From Candidatus Peribacteria bacterium (GTDB taxonomy: Bacteria; Patescibacteriota; Gracilibacteria; Peribacterales; Peribacteraceae): a stretch of 64,000 nucleotides of DNA. The notes under the pieces are model-generated. The model was given only the letters and a program-made list of their open reading frames with translations, had not been told where the DNA came from and searched no databases. The stretch's first letter is position 1, and the number at the start of each line of letters is the position of its first letter. Positions 10,064-19,719 of the stretch are shown piece after piece. A program made the translations under genes and the position numbers. The stretch spans positions 261,493 to 325,492 of the forward strand of contig JBEPVF010000001.1 of the NCBI GenBank assembly GCA_041691135.1, given 5' to 3'.

Positions 10064-11167
10064 ATGTCTTCTCTCGACTTTGCGTCCATGGATGGCGAAA
10101 CGCTGCTTCGTACGTTGCAGGACTTCTGCACGCAGGAAGGGGCGTCAGATATCCACCTGTCGCCTCAAAAAGACGGCGTGCGATTGGAGTGGCGTTTGCA
10201 TGGAATTTTGGCTCCGCTGGCCACGCTCAAAACGGCCACGTACACCGACCTGTTGCGCCGCATCAAATTCGAATCGAAGCTGAAGATGAACGTGACGAAT
10301 ATTCCCCAGGACGGACAGTACACCTTCGCCGCCAAAGACCGGGCAGTGAACGTCCGTGTGGCGACGCTGCCATCGCGTTTCGGTGAAGCGCTCACGCTGC
10401 GTCTGCTTGATCCGAATAAAGGGATCCGCCCGCTCACCTCACTAGGATTCCCGGATGAGATCAGTACGAAGCTGAAAGAATTAGCCGAACTTCCCAATGG
10501 TCTGATCCTCGTCACCGGACCGACGGGTTCCGGCAAAACAACGACGCTGTACGCACTGCTCTCCACGCTGGTCGGCAAGGACCGCAATATCATTACACTG
10601 GAAGATCCGGTTGAGTACGAACTACCGGGCATTATTCAAAGCGAGATCGATGCCGATCATGACTACACGTTTTCATCTGGACTGCGATCCATTCTGCGTC
10701 ACGATCCCGACGTCATTCTGGTCGGAGAAATTCGTGATCTCGATACCGCCCAGACGGCAGTAAACGCCGCGCTCACCGGACACCTGGTTCTCAGTACGCT
10801 CCACACGAACTCCGCACTCGAAGCGATCCCGCGTTTCCTATCGATGGGCGTGAGTCCGTATACCTTCGCTCCCGCACTCCGCGCCGTCTTGGCGCAGCGT
10901 CTGGTGCGCACGGTCAAAGAAGAGTGTCGAACCGGCAGCAAAGTCTGCGACCCCGCGTCGCACGACACCTACGACGGACAAATGTGTCTGCCCGAACTTC
11001 TCGTCGTCACGCCTGCCATCCAACAGATGGTTCTGAATATGGAACAGGAATCAGCCATCGCCACCCAGGCAAAAAGCGAAGGCTTCAAGACAATGAAGGA
11101 ATGGGGTCAGCAATTTGTGAGCGAAAAGAAGACGACTATTCAGGAAGTGGAGCGGGTAACAGCGTAA
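10064..11167 (+). CDS. GspE/PilB-family secretion/pilus ATPase
   Basis: ASDIH, PQDG, Walker A GPTGSGKTT, TLEDPVEY, LRHDPDVILVGEIRD, TGHLVLSTLH. Confidence 0.92.
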   Translation: MSSLDFASMDGETLLRTLQDFCTQEGASDIHLSPQKDGVRLEWRLHGILAPLATLKTATYTDLLRRIKFESKLKMNVTNIPQDGQYTFAAKDRAVNVRVATLPSRFGEALTLRLLDPNKGIRPLTSLGFPDEISTKLKELAELPNGLILVTGPTGSGKTTTLYALLSTLVGKDRNIITLEDPVEYELPGIIQSEIDADHDYTFSSGLRSILRHDPDVILVGEIRDLDTAQTAVNAALTGHLVLSTLHTNSALEAIPRFLSMGVSPYTFAPALRAVLAQRLVRTVKEECRTGSKVCDPASHDTYDGQMCLPELLVVTPAIQQMVLNMEQESAIATQAKSEGFKTMKEWGQQFVSEKKTTIQEVERVTA

Positions 11168-11268
11168 TAAAAGTGGCCGCCGCGGACTTCATTGTTTGCA
11201 TACATAATTGCTTCAGCCGCTGTTGAGCTTTGCTCTTCCCCATGGCAAGCTGAGCTGGTTACCTCGCG

Positions 11269-13008
11269 ATGAAAGTGCACTACCGCCATCGTCGAAACGG
11301 CTTCGGTGATACCGGCCGCTCCAGCACCGGTTCAACCGGTCGCACCGTCGCGCGTATCGTCGCCGTTTTGGTGCTTTTGCTGGTTGTCTACTGGCTTGGC
11401 AAGGGCCTGTTGGCATTGATGGGATTTGGCGGTGGAGGACAGGACCGCACCGCAACAGTGATGGCCGAGGACGGTTCGACGGTCGAGGTGTCGTACGAAG
11501 GCAAGCCGTTCCAGACGGCCGAGTCGAACAGCAAATTGCAACCGGGTGACGTGGCCAAAACAGGTTCCATGTCGAATGCGTCCCTCACATTCTTCGACGG
11601 GACTTGGGCACGACTCGATCAGCAGACACAGGTATCTATTTCCAAGAGTGCGTTCGGATCGCAATCGCAACTCCAGCTGCAAGTACCCGAGGGAACGCTA
11701 TGGGTGTCTACGCCCGACCAGAAAGCATTCTCGGGCGCCATCGTCCGTCAGATCGTGACGCCGGCACTGACATTCGAGCTGCCACCCAAAACACAGGCAC
11801 TCGTATCCGGCACGAATTTGATCGTCTATGCGGCTGGCGGTGACGGTGTGAAAGTGACCGGCAAGGGAATCGATGACATCACCATCGGGGAAGGGCAGCA
11901 ATTGCAATTGCCCGCCACTGGAGCCCAGGGTGATCTGACGCAATACCGTTCGGCTCTCACGCTGGCCGCTCTCCGCAACGCGTTCGCCATCGAGAGTCAG
12001 GAGCAGGCATCGACGATGCTCGATGGGGGAGTGAGCGGCTCGGGGACTTTGACTGGCGCACTCAACGAAAACCTGCTGACTATCTCGAGTCCGTTGGATC
12101 ACGATAACGTGACCAGCAACACCATCCGTGTGACCGGCAAAGTGAGTCCGCGGATTTTGCACGTACGCGTGAACGGCAAGGAACTGCAGATCAGTCAGGA
12201 AGACGGCAGCTTTTCGGACGACATCATGATGCCGGATGGCGAAAAGACATTTGACCTTCACTTCGTCGCGCTCGGCAGCACCGACAAGATCCTCGCCGAA
12301 AAAATTCTGACCGTGCAGCATGGCAACGCCTCGAGTGCGGAAACGGCTTCCGGTTTCCCGGTTCCCGAAATTACGTCGCCAGCTAAGGCGGGACAGACGT
12401 TCAAAACAACCGACACACAAGTGGTTATCCGCGGCACGACCAGTGCCGACACGGCGAGCATCATGGTGAACGATTACAAACTGCAGCTCTACACGGTGGG
12501 AAACACCACATGGAGTTACCTCGCCAGCATGAGTCTGAACAACCTGGTAGCCGGATCGAATACATTTGATGTCGTCGCCTTCGACAAAGACGGCAACAAG
12601 AGCGCCAAAGCCACGATCACGATCGTGCAAGGCGAAGCGGGCGGCGTTGTGAGCGGCACCGCTGAATCGGCCGGCTCAAGCAGCAGCACCGTAAAGCCGA
12701 AGAACAACGAACCGCTCACGCCGGGAGTATTGAGCGTCACCGGGCCCACCGCCGGAACAGAGCACAACGAAACCGGCACCGGATTCCTGTTGGAAGGTAC
12801 GACATCGGCAGCGACAGATAGCATCTGGATCAACGACTACAAATTGCAGCTCTACAAGTCCGGCAAAAAAATCTGGAACTACATCGCCTCAGCCGATTTC
12901 AACAACCTGAAAAAGGGCACGAACGTGTATCACATCGTCGCACGAAACAAAGACGGCGAAGTACTCGATAAATTCGATTACACGGTGACCTACGAACCGG
13001 CTCAATAA
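11269..13008 (+). CDS. Membrane-anchored FecR-like beta domain protein with C-terminal Ig-like repeats
   Basis: One TM. LQPGDVAKTGSMSNASLTFFDGTWARLD is FecR-like. Two similar C-terminal modules (VNDYKLQLY..W.YLAS and INDYKLQLY..W.YIAS). Confidence 0.7.
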   Translation: MKVHYRHRRNGFGDTGRSSTGSTGRTVARIVAVLVLLLVVYWLGKGLLALMGFGGGGQDRTATVMAEDGSTVEVSYEGKPFQTAESNSKLQPGDVAKTGSMSNASLTFFDGTWARLDQQTQVSISKSAFGSQSQLQLQVPEGTLWVSTPDQKAFSGAIVRQIVTPALTFELPPKTQALVSGTNLIVYAAGGDGVKVTGKGIDDITIGEGQQLQLPATGAQGDLTQYRSALTLAALRNAFAIESQEQASTMLDGGVSGSGTLTGALNENLLTISSPLDHDNVTSNTIRVTGKVSPRILHVRVNGKELQISQEDGSFSDDIMMPDGEKTFDLHFVALGSTDKILAEKILTVQHGNASSAETASGFPVPEITSPAKAGQTFKTTDTQVVIRGTTSADTASIMVNDYKLQLYTVGNTTWSYLASMSLNNLVAGSNTFDVVAFDKDGNKSAKATITIVQGEAGGVVSGTAESAGSSSSTVKPKNNEPLTPGVLSVTGPTAGTEHNETGTGFLLEGTTSAATDSIWINDYKLQLYKSGKKIWNYIASADFNNLKKGTNVYHIVARNKDGEVLDKFDYTVTYEPAQ

Positions 13009-13040
13009 TCACAGATGAATAGGAAGAGTGTCGTGGGGCG

Positions 13041-13970
13041 TCAGTATTTAACATTACTCCGCTTCATCACTTCCTCCATGGCCACAGGCAATGGAGCTGT
13101 CACTGTATGTCGTGCGCCGTCCACCGGAGATTCGAATGTCAGCTGCCACGAATGCAGACATAAATTTTTCACTTCGAACTCATCATTCAAGCGCTCGGCC
13201 AGCGGAGAGCTATACGTCCCGTCGCCCAAAATAGGATGACCGATCGATTGCAGGTGAACGCGAATCTGATGCGTGCGGCCGGTGTGTAAATCGCATTCAA
13301 GCAATGCGACATGTTCCTTTGAATCTAAAACTCTATACGTCGTCTGTGCCTCGCGCACCGTTCCAACGCCGCGAATCGACATCTTCGTCCGATCGATGGG
13401 ACTCCGACCAATCGGCGAATCGATCTTGGCTGTATCGTGCATCGGCACGCCGGCAACCAACGCCAGGTACAGCTTGCGCACGCTCCGCGTTTCGAACTGC
13501 GCCTGCAGTTTCAATTGCGCTTCGGGCGTCTTGGCCACCAGCAAACAACCCGTCGTTTCTTTATCCAATCGATGCACGAGCACGCTCGCTTCGGAGAAGG
13601 GGAGTGAGCGCTGGCCGAACAGAAATGCAATGCCATGTAAAATGGTAATTTCATCCGGACTCATCGCCGCGCCGGGATGCACGGCGTAACCGGCCGGTTT
13701 ATTGATCACCAGACACATCGCATCTTCGTATGGAACATCGATGTGCAGATCGTGCGGTTCTATACCGGATACTATCACTTCATCACTCTCTTCCACTGTC
13801 ACGGTATCACCCTCCTGCAATCGCTCGGCCGCTTTGCGGCACACATGATCATTAACCAATACCAATCCGTCTTCGATGGCCTTCTGCGCCTTGGCACGGC
13901 TGAGGAAGACTTTCTCGGTGGCCAAAAACGTATCGAGCCGGTCGGGAAGGCTGACGAGAAATGTGGACAT
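13041..13970 (-). CDS. rluD: RluA/RluD family 23S rRNA pseudouridine synthase
   Basis: S4 domain (RLDTFL..SRAKAQK), NKPAG, VHRLDKETTG, TGRTHQIRVH. Confidence 0.92.
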   Translation of the reverse strand: MSTFLVSLPDRLDTFLATEKVFLSRAKAQKAIEDGLVLVNDHVCRKAAERLQEGDTVTVEESDEVIVSGIEPHDLHIDVPYEDAMCLVINKPAGYAVHPGAAMSPDEITILHGIAFLFGQRSLPFSEASVLVHRLDKETTGCLLVAKTPEAQLKLQAQFETRSVRKLYLALVAGVPMHDTAKIDSPIGRSPIDRTKMSIRGVGTVREAQTTYRVLDSKEHVALLECDLHTGRTHQIRVHLQSIGHPILGDGTYSSPLAERLNDEFEVKNLCLHSWQLTFESPVDGARHTVTAPLPVAMEEVMKRSNVKY

Positions 13971-14047
13971 GCGCACAGTGTACAGACAATCCGCGATATA
14001 TAGAGCTTATTTGACAGCGGTCGGCCAAAACGTTTGTATAGTGCGGC

Positions 14048-14623
14048 ATGACAAAGGAATCCGGTTTACCACCCACAGAATACCCACGCTCGGCTGATTG
14101 GGCCCTTGTAGAAGCCAAGATCGGATCCGAGATTGCCGGCTATCTACGGATGCTTTCGCCCAGATTACTAATAACTGACGTCTTTGATGACACAACTCAG
14201 TTTTGTTTCTACGGCCAAGTAGACAGGGATGCAATGGCTCTTCTCCTGAGCCAAAACGGACCGGAGGCATTGAAGGGATCAAAACCCCTTTCGCATGCCG
14301 CGCGATTATTTTTACGAGAAGTACAAGAGGCCTTCGTCGTGATACGACAGGCAGAAGTGGTAGGCATAACCGAATTCTTCGTGCATAACAGGCCGGGCGA
14401 TATTCCTACCGTCGACTGGCAACAGGTGCCGCTACACATCAACATTTTTGTCGATACGCACATTCGACCGCAACTTGAAAAAGTCATGGGATTGCACGCC
14501 GTTGATCGTTGGCTGCAAGTCCCACGCGAAAAATGGAACGGCAAGAGTGCCATCGAACTTTTGCAGGATGATCGCGAGGAAGAGGTGTTCAGTGTCATCG
14601 ATTATCTGATCAGTGATTTCTAA
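14048..14623 (+). CDS. Hypothetical protein with C-terminal Xre/MbcA/ParS-type antitoxin domain
   Basis: C-terminus VDRWLQVPREKWNGKSAIELL...EEVFSVIDYL matches the W(L)xxP...G..P/A..LL pattern of the toxin-binding domain. Confidence 0.55.
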   Translation: MTKESGLPPTEYPRSADWALVEAKIGSEIAGYLRMLSPRLLITDVFDDTTQFCFYGQVDRDAMALLLSQNGPEALKGSKPLSHAARLFLREVQEAFVVIRQAEVVGITEFFVHNRPGDIPTVDWQQVPLHINIFVDTHIRPQLEKVMGLHAVDRWLQVPREKWNGKSAIELLQDDREEEVFSVIDYLISDF

Positions 14624-14653
14624 ATTCATGATGACGAACAACTCCTTTATTTC

Positions 14654-14932
14654 TCAATTTATCCGAACTCTTTCACTCGGTAACATACGTCCTTCGAGTA
14701 CCTCCAATAGCAATGCAGAAACTGATACCTTCAATTGACGAATGGTCGACTGCTCTTGCCGATACAAATACAACATGTCTTCTATGGAAGAAGCGGTGGG
14801 TTCTACCGCTGCCGTAAGGAGCATATCGCGCGCAGTCTTGCAAATGCCGAAGATTTGCCCTGCCTCATTTTCCGCCTGAAGATTCTCATGCAATTTTTCC
14901 AGAGCAAACCTTTGAAAATAATCCAGTGGCAT
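14654..14932 (-). CDS. Hypothetical protein
   Basis: 92-aa helical-looking ORF filling the intergenic space, AT-rich. Confidence 0.5.
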   Translation of the reverse strand: MPLDYFQRFALEKLHENLQAENEAGQIFGICKTARDMLLTAAVEPTASSIEDMLYLYRQEQSTIRQLKVSVSALLLEVLEGRMLPSERVRIN

Positions 14933-15054
14933 GCGTGATAGCTTGTCTGTACCGTTTTTTTAGTCAGAGAAATGACTATTTGTTCAAGGTTTTTCATGCC
15001 CCATACGGAAAAACACGCATTTTGCACAATGGAGGTTAATGGTATTGTTTGTGT

Positions 15055-16218
15055 ATGCCCTCGAATGAATTGCTCACACGTGCCGTTTCGGATGTGACTC
15101 CCCGCAAGTTGGCGGAGGAGAAGATCAAATCCGGACAGCCGATGCGTCTATACCTGGGTATTGATCCGACCGGATCCAAGCTCCACCTGGGCCACTCAGT
15201 CCCATTGCGCAAGTTGAGGGCGTTTCAAGATGCCGGGCACCATGTGATTTTTTTGATCGGCAGTTTTACGGCGATGATCGGCGATCCGTCCGGACGCGAC
15301 AAGCAGCGCGAGCCGCTCACCAGGGAAGATGTGATGAAAAACTTTCAGACGTACAAAGATCAAGCGTCCAAAATTCTGGATTTCAATAAAATTGAAGTGG
15401 TTGAAAATCACACATGGCTGGAAAAATTGAAGTTCGACGACATCATCAAATTAGCCAGTAACTTTACAGTGCAGCAGATGCTGGAGCGCGATATGTTCGA
15501 GAAGCGATTGGAGCAGGGCAATCCGATCGGATTGCATGAATTTTTCTACCCGCTGATGGTCGGTTACGATTCGGTGATGCTCGACGTGGATTGTGAACTC
15601 GGCGGCAACGACCAGTACTTCAACATGCTCGCCGGTCGCACGTTGCAGCACGCATTCGGCAAGCGCGAAAAGTTCGTCCTCACCACCAAATTGATCGAAG
15701 GCACTGACGGCCGCAAGATGAGTAAAACCTACGATAACTGCATCTGGATCGATGATTCGGCGACGGATATGTACGGCAAAACATTGTCGATCAAAGATGA
15801 ACTGATCGTGCCATACATGGAATGCCTCACGGATATTCCGATGGAGGAAATCAAAAAAATCGAGAAGGCGATGGAGAAGGGGAGTAATCCCAAGGACTTC
15901 AAGATGCAACTCGCTCGCGCAATCGTCGAATTTTACTACGACAAAGATGCGGCCAAAAAAGCGGAAGAAGAATTCGCAAAAATCTTCAAAGACAAAGGCG
16001 TGCCGGATGATATGCCCGAGATCAAAGCGAAGAAGGGGAGCGGTCTGGTCGATCTGATGGTCACTAATAAACTCGCCCCGTCGAAAGCCGAAGCAAAGCG
16101 ATTGATCGAACAAGGAGGCGTAAAGTTGAACGACGAAACAGTGGTTGCCATGGACGCGACTGCGAAGGAGGGGATTCTGAAAGTAGGGAAGAGAAAATTC
16201 GCGAAAATAATTTTCTAA
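15055..16218 (+). CDS. tyrS: Tyrosine--tRNA ligase
   Basis: YLGIDPT, HIGH-like HLGH, GGNDQ, KMSKT, C-terminal S4 domain. Confidence 0.97.
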   Translation: MPSNELLTRAVSDVTPRKLAEEKIKSGQPMRLYLGIDPTGSKLHLGHSVPLRKLRAFQDAGHHVIFLIGSFTAMIGDPSGRDKQREPLTREDVMKNFQTYKDQASKILDFNKIEVVENHTWLEKLKFDDIIKLASNFTVQQMLERDMFEKRLEQGNPIGLHEFFYPLMVGYDSVMLDVDCELGGNDQYFNMLAGRTLQHAFGKREKFVLTTKLIEGTDGRKMSKTYDNCIWIDDSATDMYGKTLSIKDELIVPYMECLTDIPMEEIKKIEKAMEKGSNPKDFKMQLARAIVEFYYDKDAAKKAEEEFAKIFKDKGVPDDMPEIKAKKGSGLVDLMVTNKLAPSKAEAKRLIEQGGVKLNDETVVAMDATAKEGILKVGKRKFAKIIF

Positions 16219-16221
16219 CAA

Positions 16222-16683
16222 ATGAAAAAGGAGCAACTTGCCTCAATCGGCTTGTCGACGGTAATCAGTCTAATCAGCATAACCTTAGGTTGGTATTTGT
16301 CCGAACAATCTTATAACAAACATTTTTTATTGGACCAGAAATCTCAGATCCTTCAGAAGCGTATTGAGCTGGTTGAAAGAACCACAAAAATTCTTTATCA
16401 AACAACTGGAATTGAAGATTTAGGAAATAAATATCTAACAAAAATTCACTTTGATCCTATAACAAACAAAATTTCATCTGATGATTTATTACTGTCTGAA
16501 AAGTTATCGAATTATTATGGAGACTATGTAAGTGTACTTGAATTAGATCAAATTTTTTTTGGGCCCGAAACAAAAAAATCTATAACTACTCTTTTGGCTG
16601 AAAAAGAACCATTTTGGGCCAAAACAAAAGAAAAAAATGATGCTGTGATTGCAGCTATGACTAATGAATTATATGGGCAGTAA
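16222..16683 (+). CDS. Hypothetical protein with N-terminal TM (AT-rich ORFan)
   Basis: 153-aa ORF starting 3 bp after tyrS, markedly AT-rich. Confidence 0.65.
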   Translation: MKKEQLASIGLSTVISLISITLGWYLSEQSYNKHFLLDQKSQILQKRIELVERTTKILYQTTGIEDLGNKYLTKIHFDPITNKISSDDLLLSEKLSNYYGDYVSVLELDQIFFGPETKKSITTLLAEKEPFWAKTKEKNDAVIAAMTNELYGQ

Positions 16684-16694
16684 AAAAATTGAAT

Positions 16695-16973
16695 TTATTT
16701 CACCTCAACACCCTTCCAAAACGCTACATACCCGGCAATCTCTTTGGCCGCTTCTTTTGGCTCAGCATAATACCAAGCTGCATCCTCGTTGCGCTCACCG
16801 TTCACTTCCACGGTGTAGTAACTGCAAAACCCTTTCCACGGACACGTCGTATGCGTGTCACTGGGCTTCATATATTCCATGTGCACCGATGACGGAGGAA
16901 AGTAGTGATTTCCTTCGATTACAATCGTCTGATCGCTCTCGGCAAGAACGGTGTTGTTCCAAATGGCTTTCAT
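16695..16973 (-). CDS. DUF427 family protein
   Basis: MKAIWNNTVLAES...EGNHYFP...TTCPWKG..SYY...AAWYY.EP. Confidence 0.92.
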   Translation of the reverse strand: MKAIWNNTVLAESDQTIVIEGNHYFPPSSVHMEYMKPSDTHTTCPWKGFCSYYTVEVNGERNEDAAWYYAEPKEAAKEIAGYVAFWKGVEVK

Positions 16974-17179
16974 AAAGCAACTCTAGCATACCTTTCAGAG
17001 GGAAAACATTTCCGCATTCCAGGCTCCTTCATCACAGTAGGACTGTGGACTCCACTGAGGATCATCGGAACGGAGGATGAAATGCGCGTACTCTCCATCC
17101 CAAAAATCCTTAATGAGAATGAGGCCCATGGTTCTCTTTATATATTGTCGCATGCATCGAAAAAGGGGCTGACGTAAGA

Positions 17180-17560
17180 GTGGGAGATATAAATATTCGG
17201 GACATTCAACAAACAACCTCCATACTACTGAGGGAATTGCTCAGTGCTGAGTTACTATTTTCTTCAAATCCAGTAAGTACCGACTTAGATGCAGTACAAG
17301 AAGATCTCCTTACTACAATTGCCCATCATGCATCTTTGCAGTTCTTAGAATTGCTCACGCCGGAAGATCGAGAGCAACTGGAAGCCGAGTGTCAGATTGA
17401 ACGCCAAGCCCAGCAAATGTTGGATTCTATTAATGAAGATGAACCAAGGAACCACGGAAAACCGCCTAAAAATTTCGATGCAGAAGCGGCAAATCTTATC
17501 ATGCTCCGAGAGGACATTATAGATTTCATAAAGGAAAGAATCTGGAAAATTGCTAAATAG
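17180..17560 (+). CDS. Hypothetical acidic helical protein
   Basis: 126-aa ORF with GTG start, AT-rich. Confidence 0.5.
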   Translation: MGDINIRDIQQTTSILLRELLSAELLFSSNPVSTDLDAVQEDLLTTIAHHASLQFLELLTPEDREQLEAECQIERQAQQMLDSINEDEPRNHGKPPKNFDAEAANLIMLREDIIDFIKERIWKIAK

Positions 17561-17573
17561 AAGTGCATTGTTT

Positions 17574-17843
17574 TTATCGCCTGCGCCTGCTCTTTGCACC
17601 GCGATGCACCGGTACATTCTGCGTTTCCATGACATAACGAAGCATCGTAGCATCGATCTCTGTCGCATGATTGCTTTTATAGCGCAGAATGGCCATCAAA
17701 CGAGATCGGATTCTTCTGATTACCAAAGTACGCTGAGTAGCTGTTATGGGAAGCAACAAGTTATTCTGTTTCAGGGCCTCAATGATCCTTTCTTCCGAAA
17801 GAGCAGCAACCCTGATTTTTGCCTCTGCATGCGATAATCCCAT
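17574..17843 (-). CDS. Small basic hypothetical protein, probably co-transcribed with xer
   Basis: ATG 2 bp after the xer stop, 89 aa, Arg-rich. Confidence 0.5.
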   Translation of the reverse strand: MGLSHAEAKIRVAALSEERIIEALKQNNLLLPITATQRTLVIRRIRSRLMAILRYKSNHATEIDATMLRYVMETQNVPVHRGAKSRRRR

Positions 17844-17845
17844 AA

Positions 17846-18784
17846 TCAGTCAGCAGATTTGCGATGAAACTTCTTGTGCACTTCTTTGAGCTGCGTATTC
17901 GTCACGTGCGTGTAGATCTGTGTCGTAGAAAGATCCTTGTGTCCCAACATCTCCTGCACCGAGCGAATATCGGCTCCATTGCGCAATAAATCAGTCGCAA
18001 AAGAGTGACGAAGCGTGTGCGGAGACGGATCGCTGACGATGCCGGCCTGCAACGCGTATTTTTTCACGATTTTGTAGATGCTGATACGTGACAGACGAAA
18101 TTCTTCTCCCGGTGGCATCACATTCACCGCTTTCTGAATATTACGGATAAAGAGAGGGGACAGGGAATCGAGGCGTGCATTCAAATAGAGCTGCACCGAC
18201 TTCACGGCTCCATCAGAGAGAAAAACAACTCGGAGCTTGTTGCGCTTCCCTCGCACGCTCATTTCCCTGGTATCGAAATTCAAATCTTTCCGATTGAGCA
18301 TGCGCAGCTCTGTCAGACGCAGACCGGTTGAAAAAAATAATTCAAGGATCGCCGCGTCGCGCTTGCCTTCTTTGTCACTGGTATCCGGCGCCTTGAGTAA
18401 GCGCTCTATTTCATCCCCGTACAGAACCTTTACCTTCCGTTCTTCTTCTTTAAACCGTGTGATGCGGTCGGGTGGGTAGACGTCCACCTCCTCTTCCTGA
18501 ACTAAGTAGCGAATAAAGGCCCGCAGGACGGTTAAATGATGATTTTTAGTGCGAATCCCCAGCTCACCGTTGCGTTTGGTGCGAAATTCGTGAAGCGCCT
18601 GCTTATAATGACGGACCGATGCCTTGGTGATATCAGAGAAGGTGAGCAGTTCGGACAATTTCAAAAAAAGATCGAGCGATTCATGGTAATTACGGATGGT
18701 CAGTGGTGATTTATTTTCTTCGGCCTGGAGGTAGGAGAGGTAGCGGCCAACAGCCTTCGCGAGGGGAGAACGTTCGGAGGACAT
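17846..18784 (-). CDS. XerC/XerD-like tyrosine recombinase
   Basis: N-terminal SPLTIRNY, then catalytic RDAAILELFFSTGLR, RGK, HTLRHSFAT, LGH and TTQIYTHV. Confidence 0.95.
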   Translation of the reverse strand: MSSERSPLAKAVGRYLSYLQAEENKSPLTIRNYHESLDLFLKLSELLTFSDITKASVRHYKQALHEFRTKRNGELGIRTKNHHLTVLRAFIRYLVQEEEVDVYPPDRITRFKEEERKVKVLYGDEIERLLKAPDTSDKEGKRDAAILELFFSTGLRLTELRMLNRKDLNFDTREMSVRGKRNKLRVVFLSDGAVKSVQLYLNARLDSLSPLFIRNIQKAVNVMPPGEEFRLSRISIYKIVKKYALQAGIVSDPSPHTLRHSFATDLLRNGADIRSVQEMLGHKDLSTTQIYTHVTNTQLKEVHKKFHRKSAD

Positions 18785-18813
18785 ACGCGGAGTGTAGCAG
18801 ATGACAATATTTT

Positions 18814-18841
18814 AGTTAACATAATGCAGTTTATGTTAACT
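18814..18841. other. dif-like recombination site (symmetric, 11-6-11)
   Basis: AGTTAACATAA-TGCAGT-TTATGTTAACT. The arms are perfect inverted repeats and each matches the E. coli XerD arm TTATGTTAAAT at 10/11. Confidence 0.8.
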
Positions 18842-18909
18842 ATCATTCTAAGTATGATTATACATCTGTAGGCCCCTTTCTACAGGTTATTTGTCAAGCG
18901 AGTCCCCTG

Positions 18910-18931
18910 TTATCCACACCCCTGTGTATAG
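18910..18931. promoter_or_regulatory. Pair of inverted DnaA boxes
   Basis: Consensus TTATCCACA at 18910-18918 and TGTGTATAG (rc CTATACACA) at 18923-18931. Confidence 0.6.
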
Positions 18932-19083
18932 ATTCGGAAAAGTTTACTTTCCAATCCTCTTCTGACACTAGACAAAAGATGATAATAATTTTTATTGATA
19001 CAATATGGGAAAGCAGAGGGAAGTCCCCTCCTCTGGAGAAAAAGCCCAAATCAGCGGTTAGATAGCACTTTTTGCCACTGTAT

Positions 19084-19719
19084 TCAGGATTTCTCAAACA
19101 ATCCGTACCACAGAATCGCCAAAGCTTCTCGTAAGACGCTTTTTGCCTCAAAAGGCAGGGCGGCAACTTCTTTGGCTGGGAATGTCGGCAGTGTCCAACC
19201 CTGCTGCTTTGCCAAAAAGCCAATACGGGTCAAATGGTATCGGTCACTGATGGCGATCACGCTCGTGCAATTTCTGGTAAGCGGACGGGTATACAAAATA
19301 TTTTCCTTGGTTGTGGTTGATTGGCTTTCCGCAACCACATCCTGGTGGGGAATATGACGCAAAATTGCATATTGCATCATAATTTGCGCTTCACTCCGCC
19401 GTTGCCTGTCGCCCTTTCCACCGCTCAGAAAAAGCTTGTGCACTTTTCCCTGCTTGTAGAGTTCCACCGCAGTCAGCATTCGACGTTGGATGCCGGGGCC
19501 GCTCTGACTCTCCACGGCATGACCGGTCGAGTCGTACAGCGGATGGACTGCCGCACCGAACACAATGGCGCAGTCGGCAGGGAGCACCGCCGTACCCGAG
19601 AAACCGGCAACGACCAAGCCGACGACATACCCAAATACCACAACGGTGGCGACACAGATTCCGGAGACAAAAATGAGAACTCCTCGCCACCGCCGGTACA
19701 CGGCGACCAGCCACTTCAT
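19084..19719 (-). CDS. YdcF/DUF218 (SanA/ElyC-like) envelope protein
   Basis: TM, AIVFGA, LFLSGG, SEAQIM, E..STTTKEN, SDRYHLTR, RE. Confidence 0.88.
   Translation of the reverse strand: MKWLVAVYRRWRGVLIFVSGICVATVVVFGYVVGLVVAGFSGTAVLPADCAIVFGAAVHPLYDSTGHAVESQSGPGIQRRMLTAVELYKQGKVHKLFLSGGKGDRQRRSEAQIMMQYAILRHIPHQDVVAESQSTTTKENILYTRPLTRNCTSVIAISDRYHLTRIGFLAKQQGWTLPTFPAKEVAALPFEAKSVLREALAILWYGLFEKS

Noticed and set aside
17846-18784. Integron integrase with cassette array
   Set aside because: Lacks the IntI-specific insertion, and I could not find attC-like repeats around the neighbouring ORFans.
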